Positions 34,297 to 44,173 of a stretch of 59,038 nucleotides of DNA are shown here, piece by piece. This DNA comes from Candidatus Saccharimonadales bacterium. GTDB taxonomy: Bacteria; Patescibacteriota; Saccharimonadia; Saccharimonadales; DASWIF01. A program made the position numbers and the translations under genes. Each line of letters starts with the position of its first letter. Positions within the stretch are counted from its first letter, which is position 1. The stretch lies in contig DASWIF010000040.1 of NCBI GenBank assembly GCA_036397795.1, forward strand, positions 1 through 59,038. The letters run 5' to 3'. Below the pieces are notes generated by a model. That model was not told where the DNA came from. It was given only the letters and a program-made list of their open reading frames with translations, and made no database searches.

Positions 34297-34920
34297 ATGA
34301 CACTTACAAAACCGACTCATCGGCAGGTGAATAATTGGCTGTCAGGTGTGGTGATTGCCTTGGGGCTTTATATTACGATTTTGCCTTGGCTGCCCGGTAT
34401 CAAACTTTGGATAACCCAATTACTCGATGACACTAACGGCTATGTTTACCGGGGCGACTTAGCCAGTGGCCAGGTCGATAGCAGCAAGTTATCGGATCCG
34501 CCAGAGGAGAATACATTGCTCGTGCCGTCTATCGCGCTTGATGTGCCGGTAGTCGAGGGCGCGGATATCAGCGTGCTCGGCGTCGGTGGCAGCTGGCGGC
34601 GGCCCAAAACCAGCACGCCGGACAAGGGCGGCAACACAGTCATTATCGGCCATCGATTCAGCTATTCCAGCGAGGCGGCATTTTATAATCTCGACAAGAT
34701 TGACGTCGGCGAGCGGTTTGCGATTTGGTGGAACCGGCAAGAATACATCTACGAGGTATTCGATAAATCCGTCGTACCGGCTTCGGCAATTGAGATTGAG
34801 GCTGATACGGCGGATCCAATAGCTACCCTCTACACCTGTACGCCAATCTGGACCGCTACCAATCGGCTGGTCATAAAAGGCCATTTGGTAAATACTGATA
34901 TTCTGGAGCCAAAGCCATGA
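34297..34920 (+). CDS. Sortase-family transpeptidase
   Basis: ORF track, 207 aa. N-terminal TM, catalytic His VIIGHRF, catalytic Cys TLYTCTP, and Arg in NRLVIKG. Confidence 0.85.
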   Translation: MTLTKPTHRQVNNWLSGVVIALGLYITILPWLPGIKLWITQLLDDTNGYVYRGDLASGQVDSSKLSDPPEENTLLVPSIALDVPVVEGADISVLGVGGSWRRPKTSTPDKGGNTVIIGHRFSYSSEAAFYNLDKIDVGERFAIWWNRQEYIYEVFDKSVVPASAIEIEADTADPIATLYTCTPIWTATNRLVIKGHLVNTDILEPKP

Positions 34921-35027
34921 ACGAGCGTACCCGGACCATTATTCTTGTCGTCTTATTGACTATCGCCGTTGGGTTTATTTGGTGGACGAAAAACGAATAT
35001 CAAACTAATTTCACTGATCAGTTTTAG
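34917..35027 (+). CDS. Possible 36-aa single-TM mini-protein translationally coupled to the sortase gene
   Basis: Found by hand. An ATGA overlap with the sortase stop. MNERTRTIILVVLLTIAVGFIWWTKNEYQTNFTDQF, stop TAG at 35025-35027. Confidence 0.35.
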   Translation: MNERTRTIILVVLLTIAVGFIWWTKNEYQTNFTDQF

Positions 35028-35355
35028 TCCTGCATGTCCGGCTAAGGTCGCCTCCACCACAAAAATGCGCCGGTCGCGGCGCTTGGCGACCGACTTTTTG
35101 AATCACAAAAAGTAGGCAAAAACTCTTCGGGCCAGGCTTGTTCTTGAGGCGTTCATCGTCAAGGTCAACAACAGCTTGCGGAACTCGCTCACTAATCGTT
35201 CGCTCAAACAGTCCTCGCCTGATAGCTGTTGACTTGACACTCACTCTCAGGAACTCGCCAAAGGCCCAGCAAATGAAACGCCTAGTTGTCTATGCCAAAA
35301 ACCAAAATTAAACTCAGACAAGTAAAAAACTATATAACTAAATTATATAATCTTT

Positions 35356-35643
35356 TTACTCCGCCAGTGAGGATTGCCTAGCTTCTCTGCGCTTTGCCAG
35401 GTTTTCAGCTGCTAGTTTAGCTGACCAAGCGTTTTTCCGATTAGTTGGCCAGCCAGCAGCATAGGGCTCGGTGTTGGTTTCGATATCTCCATTTGTAGGA
35501 ATCGGGTTGGGGCCTTCAACTTCAGGCCGGGGGCGTTCTATGTGCCGTTCATCAATCTCAAACCAAACTTCGTTTTCGCTACCCGACTGCATGCCTTCCA
35601 TAAGCCCTTCTGTATTTGCTCTTGGCTTCATTATACCGAACAA
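35356..35643 (-). CDS. Hypothetical small protein
   Basis: ORF track, 95 aa (TTG; ATG at 35631 is possible). No recognisable motif. Confidence 0.45.
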   Translation of the reverse strand: MFGIMKPRANTEGLMEGMQSGSENEVWFEIDERHIERPRPEVEGPNPIPTNGDIETNTEPYAAGWPTNRKNAWSAKLAAENLAKRREARQSSLAE

Positions 35644-35929
35644 CGTCGCTCAACCACTGTCTGAGCCGTAATTTCTGGGGACATCAGCAGCCACTGATGG
35701 ATCAAACCAGGTGAAAAGCGTCTAGGAACGAGAATGTTTGACGAGGGTTTTTCTGTTTGGAATGCCAGTGGCACAAGTTTAGATAAAAACCCGAGGAGTT
35801 TCGCAGTTCAGCTTTGAACCTGGTCTGATTCAATCACCGTGGCGATGCCGTCCCAAGTTTTTACGCCACTTTTACGTTAAAAGTGGCAAAGCCCTCATCG
35901 CTGGCAGCGACACTTCCGGTCTGGAAGGG

Positions 35930-36967
35930 CTAATTTTTCTTCAACTCTTCTTTCAGCTTCTCAATCAAATCGACTGGCGTGGGGTCGACGTTATTAAGCA
36001 AGGCTAAATAAATTGAGACAAAATCTCCTAGCAGTACCGTCCAGAGCATTTGCTCGATAAGATTGTTGCCCTCGGCCTGAATTTCTAGAGGGTGGGGCAT
36101 ACGACCGGACAATAGCCGGTTGCTGACGACGAATCGTTCGGCTATGCGCTCGTCGTCAAAACTGGAGCGCAGCTCAATCGGTTGGAAGGGTTTCTCCACC
36201 GGATGCGAGGTCCAGCCCATAATCTCATTGTGGTTAAACTCTGGCCATTGGTTATAAAAAGCCAGGTTTTTTGCCGTCTCGTTAAAGCTGATCTTCCATT
36301 TATAGGCCGTCGCGCTCAGCCTGGGACCGGCGTAAATAACGGCGCTTTTGCCGGAAATCTCCTCGGCTAGCTCTTTGGCCAGGTTACCAGCGGTGGCGAC
36401 GTCCGGCCGCCAGCTTAGGACGGCTTGTTCAAGATAAATCGAAGCGGTTTCCAGCTGGTCGACGATATCGCTCATAAGACCCAGAGATTCAATCATCTCA
36501 CCCAGTGCCCGTAGGTTATAGTTGACGGCCATTCTGGGCTGCAAGCCGCCTGGCAATACATAAATTGGGTAACTTCTATCAGCCGCAATGGCCGCTAACT
36601 TTCCACCCGAGGCCATGACCACAATCTGGGCCCGGCGCTCAGCTGCCAGATTCAAGGCGGCGACTGTTTCAGCGGTGTTACCTGAGTAGCTGGAAGCCAC
36701 AAACAAGGTCTTAGAACCGACAAATCCGGGAATATCATATTGGCGGTTGATAATGAATGGCCTATCCGGGCTTGTCCAGTTTAGAAACAGGCTGGCCGCT
36801 AAGGCCGAACCGCCCATGCCGGCGACCACGATATTGTCAATCTTATTTAAGGTTTTAAGCTCGACCTTAAATTCATGACGCAGCTGAGCCGGTGATTTCT
36901 CGGCTTCGCCTAGTGCGTCGGACTTGTCGCGGTTATGGATATATTTTAGATCGTCGAGCATGGTCAT
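35930..36967 (-). CDS. Bifunctional phosphoglucose/phosphomannose isomerase (SIS-domain, archaeal-type PGI/PMI)
   Basis: ORF track, 345 aa. IVVAGMGGSALAASL and ASSYSGNTAET SIS motifs. Length and C-terminal region fit PGI/PMI. Confidence 0.8.
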   Translation of the reverse strand: MTMLDDLKYIHNRDKSDALGEAEKSPAQLRHEFKVELKTLNKIDNIVVAGMGGSALAASLFLNWTSPDRPFIINRQYDIPGFVGSKTLFVASSYSGNTAETVAALNLAAERRAQIVVMASGGKLAAIAADRSYPIYVLPGGLQPRMAVNYNLRALGEMIESLGLMSDIVDQLETASIYLEQAVLSWRPDVATAGNLAKELAEEISGKSAVIYAGPRLSATAYKWKISFNETAKNLAFYNQWPEFNHNEIMGWTSHPVEKPFQPIELRSSFDDERIAERFVVSNRLLSGRMPHPLEIQAEGNNLIEQMLWTVLLGDFVSIYLALLNNVDPTPVDLIEKLKEELKKN

Positions 36968-37060
36968 CCCTTTGCTACTAAGTATAGCTTAAGCGCTATC
37001 GAACTAAACCCCTGGTTGTGCTAGCATAAAAGCAACTAATTTAAACAAACAGAGGGTGGA

Positions 37061-37639
37061 GTGGAAGAAGATACCGGTACAAATATCCAGCAGGAAGATT
37101 TAATCAGCGACGATGTGGCGAGCGCTATTACCTCAGCCATGAAAGACGAGCCGCCAATGAGCGGATCAGTCGCTTCGCCGACGGTAATAAAACCGCAGCG
37201 CAATAATTTGCAAATACAAACGGAATCATCTGGCCCGGCGTCTTCGGACTCGCCCGAGCCAGCCCTACCGCCGCCGCCCGCTCAACCTCCGGTGCAGCCA
37301 ACTCCGGCCGTCGAGCCGGACAACCCCCCTGCTGGTAACACCGATGATATCGACAATCGCGGCAGCGGCAATTTCAGCGAGCTGTATGACATTAAACAAG
37401 AAGCCCTGCAGCAATTAGGGCCGTTAGTTAAGCATCTTGACCAGTCACCGGAAGACCGATTCGACACCTTGCTGATGATGCTCAGAGCATCGGACGATCC
37501 GTCTTTGATTAAGCCGGCTTATGACGCCGCCCAAGCGATAAAAGACGACAAAAAGCGGGCAGAAGCCCTGCTCGACGTAGTTAACGAGGTCAATTACCTA
37601 ACTCGGGCGCAGAACCAGAACTCAACCGACCAGAATTAA
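37061..37639 (+). CDS. Hypothetical acidic/proline-rich protein
   Basis: ORF track, 192 aa, GTG start, low-complexity Pro-rich centre. Confidence 0.5.
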   Translation: MEEDTGTNIQQEDLISDDVASAITSAMKDEPPMSGSVASPTVIKPQRNNLQIQTESSGPASSDSPEPALPPPPAQPPVQPTPAVEPDNPPAGNTDDIDNRGSGNFSELYDIKQEALQQLGPLVKHLDQSPEDRFDTLLMMLRASDDPSLIKPAYDAAQAIKDDKKRAEALLDVVNEVNYLTRAQNQNSTDQN

Positions 37640-37677
37640 AGCCTTGAACGCTTTAAAGGGTGCCGGTAAAATAAATT

Positions 37678-37702
37678 CCCGCCCGCCTTTTAGGCGGGCG
37701 GG
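37678..37702. terminator. Bidirectional terminator hairpin (10-bp GC stem)
   Basis: CCCGCCCGCC / GGCGGGCGGG with loop TTTTA. The flank is T-rich in the minus orientation (AATTTATTTTA). It lies between convergent genes. Confidence 0.7.
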
Positions 37703-37833
37703 TCAAACGCATTTTTGTTTGTAGTATTTATTGTAACGTACATTTTATTTGTTCAAAGCCAATAACCAACTTTATTGTAATTAGTACAATTCAATCTCAA
37801 TCTCTAATCTGTTAGACACTTTTACTTGCCAGT

Positions 37834-38973
37834 CTAAACTCGGTGTTTGTGCTTACGCTGATCTAGTTTGTTAAAGGTAATTCGGGCAAATTTTCCTAAT
37901 TCTGCTAGCTGATTGTTGGTCGGTTTAACGTTTGCATCATCTAGTGTCTCCAGCAACTGAAGTTCTGGAATATCGAGCTTTACGGAAAATATTCGCCACG
38001 GGATTAAAAAGCTCTTGCGATTGCCATAAATTAACTGCCCGACCTTTAATTCTACTCGCTGATTAATTATTGACTGGGCATCCTGGGCGTCGCTGGCTGA
38101 GCGTTGAATATCTTCTGCCAGGCCGTCAACGATCCAGTTAGCCCTGGGCTCATCCATCCGCTTGTACCGTCCGATCAGGTCGCGTATATCGTCTAGCTCG
38201 AGTTTTTTATTCAGACCGAAGAGTATCCGCTGGGCTTTTACCCGGGCCTCGTTGACGACACTAAGTAAGACGGCGTTTTGATCGACAGTTTCAGGGGTTT
38301 GGGCGGCCGGTTTCTGACCAGCGGCTGGGCGGATACCGTTATCCGGGTGGGGGGCTTTTTTAGGAACCATTTGCCGTTTGTCTTCGACTGCCCGTTGAAG
38401 GGACACAGCGGGACTCAATGAGTACCAGGCGTGTTCCAGATCATCGTCGGCTAGGTCTCTTAAGTGTTCGATAATACTTATGTCTTTGGTGTTTAGGCGG
38501 TATTTATCTTTGTATTCTTCCAACGTCTGCTGAAATAGCGCCTGATTGATCAAGTGTCTGGATATCCGTCGGTTTTTATCTTGGTTCAGATTGACGCTGG
38601 TCATTTCTATAGTGGCTTCTTGCTTGGCCTGCCACGCCATTTCGATCAAATCCTGAAGCTGCCTGGGCGAGCGTGATAAATATTCGTTTCTAACCGCTAG
38701 ACTCTCGTCTTTAGCGGTGACTGGAATTGACTCCAGCGCGGCTAAATCGGTCTGGGATTTTAGATACTGTTCTATGCCGGTTTTTGTGGCGTCGGTTACG
38801 ACCCCGCCGAGCAATACTTCATCGAGTAGTTCATTTGTCTTGGTATAGGCGTCCTGATGAACAGCGGCGGCATTTTTTAAAATGTTGAGGCCATTGTCAA
38901 AACTATCGCGTTCGATAGCTATGGGCTCGCTAGTAAGAGGGTAATTTTCAAATGAAGCAACAGGGCTAAGCAT
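37834..38973 (-). CDS. Hypothetical protein
   Basis: ORF track, 379 aa. No motif recognised. Confidence 0.6.
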   Translation of the reverse strand: MLSPVASFENYPLTSEPIAIERDSFDNGLNILKNAAAVHQDAYTKTNELLDEVLLGGVVTDATKTGIEQYLKSQTDLAALESIPVTAKDESLAVRNEYLSRSPRQLQDLIEMAWQAKQEATIEMTSVNLNQDKNRRISRHLINQALFQQTLEEYKDKYRLNTKDISIIEHLRDLADDDLEHAWYSLSPAVSLQRAVEDKRQMVPKKAPHPDNGIRPAAGQKPAAQTPETVDQNAVLLSVVNEARVKAQRILFGLNKKLELDDIRDLIGRYKRMDEPRANWIVDGLAEDIQRSASDAQDAQSIINQRVELKVGQLIYGNRKSFLIPWRIFSVKLDIPELQLLETLDDANVKPTNNQLAELGKFARITFNKLDQRKHKHRV

Positions 38974-39074
38974 TGTTAAATATTAACATATTATAGCTAA
39001 TAAATCAAGCCCTATGGCAACGAGATCGTTGCCAGCTTGCGCTTAAAACTGGTATTTGGACACCTTCTTTAAGT

Positions 39075-40715
<1,641 letters not shown>

Positions 40716-40820
40716 TTAGTCTTCTCCTTTCAGCTAATTCTCTTTTAGAAAGCGTTTCGACTTCCCCCGTTTCTTTATCCAAAAAATTTTCAAACTTAGG
40801 CAAACCAGCAACGGACTCCA

Positions 40821-41090
40821 TTATTTACCTACCGTTGCTAAAATATCTTCTTCTTTGACCAGGATATATTCGCTGCCATCCAGTTTCACTTCCGTGGTCG
40901 AATACTCTTTGTATAAAATTTTGTCGCCGGATTTGACGCTTTTAACGTCTTTGCCGACAGAAATGACTTTGGCCATAACGGGCTTTTCTTTGGCGTTGTC
41001 CGGCAGGTAGAGTCCAGAAGCCGTTTTGGCCTCCCGTTCGACCGGCTCGGCTACGACCCACTCAGCCAGGGGGGTAATTTTGGCGCTCAT
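40821..41090 (-). CDS. groES: Co-chaperonin GroES
   Basis: ORF track, 89 aa. ITPLAEWVVAEPVEREAKTASGLYLPDNAKEKP. Confidence 0.95.
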   Translation of the reverse strand: MSAKITPLAEWVVAEPVEREAKTASGLYLPDNAKEKPVMAKVISVGKDVKSVKSGDKILYKEYSTTEVKLDGSEYILVKEEDILATVGK

Positions 41091-41139
41091 AACTTATCTT
41101 CTCCTCCTAAAGTTAAACTCGTGTTCTTCTAAAAATATT

Positions 41140-41166
41140 TTAGCACTTGGTTAATGTGAGTGCTAA
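41140..41166. promoter_or_regulatory. CIRCE operator (HrcA binding site)
   Basis: TTAGCACTT-GGTTAATGT-GAGTGCTAA versus consensus TTAGCACTC-N9-GAGTGCTAA. Located between the groES promoter and its start codon. Confidence 0.9.
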
Positions 41167-41178
41167 TTTCAGTTAAAG

Positions 41179-41207
41179 ATAGTACAAACCACCGGCCGGT
41201 CTGTCAA
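41179..41207 (-). promoter_or_regulatory. groESL promoter TTGACA-N17-TACTAT
   Basis: -35 is the reverse complement of 41202-41207; -10 is the reverse complement of 41179-41184. Confidence 0.7.
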
Positions 41208-41286
41208 GGTTTCGGTCGGTAATCTAGTGTAGTCTAGGGCCGCGATACCCGGCGGTTAAGCCAGCAAGCATAAGGACTATGCGTAG

Positions 41287-41315
41287 TTGACTCTGACCCC
41301 ATATTTTGCTAGTAT
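41287..41315 (+). promoter_or_regulatory. Promoter-like TTGACT-N17-TAGTAT facing the GC-rich structured segment
   Basis: TTGACT at 41287-41292, 17-nt spacer, TAGTAT at 41310-41315. Confidence 0.45.
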
Positions 41316-41321
41316 ATCTAC

Positions 41322-41716
41322 CCCGGAAACGAAGAGCCGTTAAACCACTTCGTCGCACTTTATTTAGAATATCAGCCCCGCCTTCGTCGTTCCGCCGCAA
41401 GCCGGAGTCTCCTCCCACGACTCTAGCATAGGCAATCTCTGTCGCAGAGAGAGCGATGAAGGTATCGACCGGCGAGGCTCTCCCGCGCTGGCGGAGACTC
41501 GCTGATCGAGATCCGGACGCGCCGGTTGAGTTGAGGTCTCCGTTCCTGGCGGGACAGCTCAAGCTGCCTGCAAGAGATTTCCTCAACCGCGCGTTCCGGA
41601 TTAAACCCGGGATTATTACCAATAATCCTCTCTATTAAGCTCAGGTTACCGATAGTTTTGGCCTCACCCGCCACCGCCGCAAATTATCGATAAAAACCTG
41701 AGCTTCTTTCTTTTCT
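41322..41716 (+). ncRNA. Candidate structured ncRNA of about 400 nt, unknown family (strand tentative)
   Basis: No credible ORF. 57-70% GC by my per-line counts, against about 50% background. Long complementary segments: 41472-41483/41493-41502, 41515-41536/41581-41597, 41610-41617/41621-41628. Closing stem 41639-41647/41695-41703 is followed by TTCTTTCTTTTCT. Confidence 0.3.
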
Positions 41717-41720
41717 AAGC

Positions 41721-41750
41721 TTGACAGAGGCAGCACTTAGTGGTTATCTT
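41721..41750 (+). promoter_or_regulatory. Promoter-like TTGACA-N18-TATCTT upstream of the GC-rich ORF pair
   Basis: TTGACA at 41721-41726 and TATCTT at 41745-41750. Confidence 0.35.
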
Positions 41751-42064
41751 TAATGCCATATCGAAGGCGCCTGGTCGGTGCGCAACAAAATCGGCCATTT
41801 TTGGTGCTTTCGAAGGCACTTTTAGAGACTGGAGGTAAGCAAGCAATTTGTCCGCCTACGTGGGAGGAATATCCTTTGGCAGACAGAATTCGGCCTCGTG
41901 ACGCCCGCGTCTTTCGACGTACGTCAAGACGTGATAAGCCACGGAGCACTCGCCGCCAGACGATGCAGGCAGTCCTTGCCACGCGGCGTCTGAGGTGAGA
42001 TCAAACCGCCCAGGGTAGCGACACCCTGGCCGGTTCAGCCAGTGCAAGGAAGGGGAACCTAAAA

Positions 42065-42286
42065 ATGGTTCTGAACGTCCGAAATCGGATCGGAACATCG
42101 TCCGGTTCGGTCCAGATCATGCTCGACGGCTCACTTCTCTCGGGGACGTATCGTCCAGCATGTGGGGGTGACCTAACTCGTCTCGAGATCGGGGGCAAGA
42201 CCATCCTCGGCGTGTTCGAGACGTGGTTCGACGAAGAGGTCTTCAACCAAGCTTCAGGGGGAGCCAAGCGGAGTTCACGCTCGTGA
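42065..42286 (+). CDS. Hypothetical 73-aa protein in the GC-rich patch
   Basis: ORF track. SD-like AAGGAAGGGG upstream. The sequence looks protein-like (VQIMLDGSLLSGTYRPACGGDLTRLEIGGKTILGVFETWFDEEVF). Confidence 0.35.
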   Translation: MVLNVRNRIGTSSGSVQIMLDGSLLSGTYRPACGGDLTRLEIGGKTILGVFETWFDEEVFNQASGGAKRSSRS

Positions 42287-42288
42287 CC

Positions 42289-42717
42289 ATGACCACCCAC
42301 GACGCAGACGTCTACATCGTCGACGTCATAGGTCTCAGCAGTCTCCACATCGGCCGCGAGGTGGAGATCAAGGACGACGGCGGTTTGAGCCTCAGGTTGG
42401 CCATCAACTACCAGGCTCTGAGCAGGACGTGCAACGTCAGACGGCTGAGTCGGCTGATCGGAGAGATCCGGAGCCAGACCATTCAGGACATACCAGTTTG
42501 CTGTGCGGCGCTCGTTCTGCGCGTGCCGTATGGCACAGGTATTCAGGAAGCCGTCGACGAGTTCGTCAAGCTGCTGTGCCAGCGCATCGCTGCGCTCGAC
42601 GAAATCGAGTTCGAGGCCCTGTTCTCGCCTCGGTACTTCGAGGACAGCGGGACCGCAGTCCACGGCCTGCCCTCGACCAACGATTTCGATCAAGAAGTCG
42701 TGGTAGCCCTCACCTGA
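42289..42717 (+). CDS. Hypothetical 142-aa protein in the GC-rich patch (possibly once fused to the upstream ORF)
   Basis: ORF track 42223..42717, trimmed to ATG 42289, which lies 2 nt after the upstream stop. MTTHDADVYIVDVIGLSSLHIGREVEIKDDGG.... Its composition is more protein-like than the 230-aa mirror ORF on the minus strand. Confidence 0.4.
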   Translation: MTTHDADVYIVDVIGLSSLHIGREVEIKDDGGLSLRLAINYQALSRTCNVRRLSRLIGEIRSQTIQDIPVCCAALVLRVPYGTGIQEAVDEFVKLLCQRIAALDEIEFEALFSPRYFEDSGTAVHGLPSTNDFDQEVVVALT

Positions 42718-42946
42718 TCAGAGGCGCGTAAAGGCTATCAATTCGCCTTGGCGAATACGCTCACGTGACCCCCACCTCGGGTCAACGTTGCTTACCTCCA
42801 AGCTCGTCTGGAGCTGCTTAAGTGTAGGTTCTACCCCTGCTTATGCAGCCTTCAGACCAAAACCAGGGCCTAGGCTCTCGGATATAACAGGTTTCAATGG
42901 TTCCTAACGGAACTGTTACCCTGAGATATCACGAGAACCAAGGCCC

Positions 42947-43801
42947 TTAATTTTTTTTAGGACTACTTCCACTCATGAAGGTACTCGTTAAGTGTTCTAT
43001 TTCTTCTCTTAGCTGACGGGATCTTGGATCAGGTGATTCAAATCTCGTACTAAGGAACCATCTGCCTACTCGTTGGGCCTTACTATTTGAGCGGGCTGAA
43101 TTTATGGTGTCTCTATTCCCTACTCCCCGCCCAATAATTGAATCTTCTCTATACCAAACTGGTAGCTCGGCGTTAGCAGTTCCACCGCCGGCAATAGTTA
43201 TATGCTTGGGGATCATCCAGTATTTACCTGATATGTTAGCGCGAGGAAAAGCCCGCCTAAAAATAGCCTTTGCGATATCGAGGGTGTCCCCAGATGTCTT
43301 AACCTCGTCAATTATCACTACATTTTTTTCGTCAAATATAGAAGGTTTAGTCATCACATCTGAGCCAACTTCGCCTGCGCCGTTGTCCTGAACTGGTCTT
43401 TGCAAAAAGAGTGCTCTAAGTTCATTAATTCTATGAAAGTCTATGCGATCGGCGTTGATATGGGACAGATTAGATCCTACCTCATCTCTCCATTGTTCTC
43501 GATCAATGTTTACAAATTTTATATCCGGCCTGGGAGTGTCATTTCTGACGGTATCCCACATTTGATCCATCATCCATGATACCGGGCGGGCTGACTTGTC
43601 TAGAAACACGACATAGTCCGGATGGCTATCCGCCAAGGTGTCTATCAACCTCTCGGTGCGTCTTAGATATTCGGCTCTGAGCTGTTCATCAGATACATCT
43701 TCACCAGCGCGACGTATGCCAGTTAGAATCTGATATTGAAAATTCTCAGAGGATTCTTCTGCATTCGACTGCTCATTGTCTGTAGGAGATTTTAATGACA
43801 T
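42947..43801 (-). CDS. Phosphoribosyltransferase (PRTase)-domain protein with an N-terminal extension
   Basis: ORF track, 284 aa. PRPP-binding-type motif VVIIDEVKTSGDTL (about 43281-43322). Confidence 0.6.
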   Translation of the reverse strand: MSLKSPTDNEQSNAEESSENFQYQILTGIRRAGEDVSDEQLRAEYLRRTERLIDTLADSHPDYVVFLDKSARPVSWMMDQMWDTVRNDTPRPDIKFVNIDREQWRDEVGSNLSHINADRIDFHRINELRALFLQRPVQDNGAGEVGSDVMTKPSIFDEKNVVIIDEVKTSGDTLDIAKAIFRRAFPRANISGKYWMIPKHITIAGGGTANAELPVWYREDSIIGRGVGNRDTINSARSNSKAQRVGRWFLSTRFESPDPRSRQLREEIEHLTSTFMSGSSPKKN

Positions 43802-43828
43802 GTTTGTTTTGGCTGACTTAACCCATAT

Positions 43829-43857
43829 ATAATACCAAATAACTAGTAAAAAGTCAA
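43829..43857 (-). promoter_or_regulatory. Promoter TTGACT-N17-TATTAT for the PRTase-domain gene
   Basis: -35 is the reverse complement of 43852-43857; -10 is the reverse complement of 43829-43834. Confidence 0.5.
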
Positions 43858-43879
43858 TATTTGTATTATAATATTTGCT

Positions 43880-44173
43880 ATGGAACTATCTGGACGACCA
43901 GCCCAAGATGAGACTGTCCCCATTCGGCGGGGCGTACGGGGCATAACCAAACTGTTGATTGGTATGGTGCTGGACAACGCGGCCGATCGTTTGATGAGGA
44001 ATCCCGCCACCGGCGAGCCATGGAATCTTTGGCCAGATTTGGGCGACGGCCCAAAACCAGACCACGAGCCAAACGAAGTTTCACTTGACCCTCAGCGGGT
44101 TATTCCGGAATCTCTTAAGGGCGTGACGGTTAAAAAAACTGATGAAAAGGGTAGTTTAACCGCCGAATTTTAA
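43880..44173 (+). CDS. Hypothetical 97-aa protein, probably leaderless
   Basis: ORF track. TATAAT at 43867-43872 ends 7 nt before the ATG. The gene's 3' end overlaps the convergent 427-aa gene by 4 nt. Confidence 0.4.
   Translation: MELSGRPAQDETVPIRRGVRGITKLLIGMVLDNAADRLMRNPATGEPWNLWPDLGDGPKPDHEPNEVSLDPQRVIPESLKGVTVKKTDEKGSLTAEF

Noticed and set aside
35011-35244. 77-aa minus-strand ORF downstream of the sortase gene.
   Set aside because: No RBS, odd Arg-rich composition, and it overlaps the end of the mini-ORF and a hairpin region. It is probably non-coding.
41220-41385. tmRNA on the minus strand, with a GGGGCTGAT start and a possible tag frame ending ..NYA*.
   Set aside because: There is no GGATTCGAC-type D-loop analogue. 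No T-arm and no ..CAGCCCCACCA 3' end appear within 400 nt; that space is occupied by the groES promoter and gene.
41180-41440. RNase P RNA on the minus strand. GGGAGGAGACTCCGGC resembles the GAGGAAAGTCCGGGC motif, and GACAGACCGGCC resembles ACAGAACCCGGC.
   Set aside because: The ACAGA-like element is the TTGACA -35 box of the groES promoter. The CR-I-like motif alters the near-invariant AAAGUCC core. I could not build the P4 pairing.
42001-42693. 230-aa minus-strand ORF, the longest ORF in the GC-rich patch.
   Set aside because: Arg/Pro/Ala-rich composition and complete overlap with more protein-like plus-strand ORFs. Long mirror ORFs are expected in about 60% GC DNA. It is kept only as an alternative in the corresponding finding.
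41231-42875. Possible terminal inverted repeats of the GC-rich block (AGTCTAGGGCC at 41231-41241 versus the reverse complement of GGGCCTAGGCT at 42864-42874).
   Set aside because: Only 9/11 matches, there is no target-site duplication and no transposase. This is compatible with chance.
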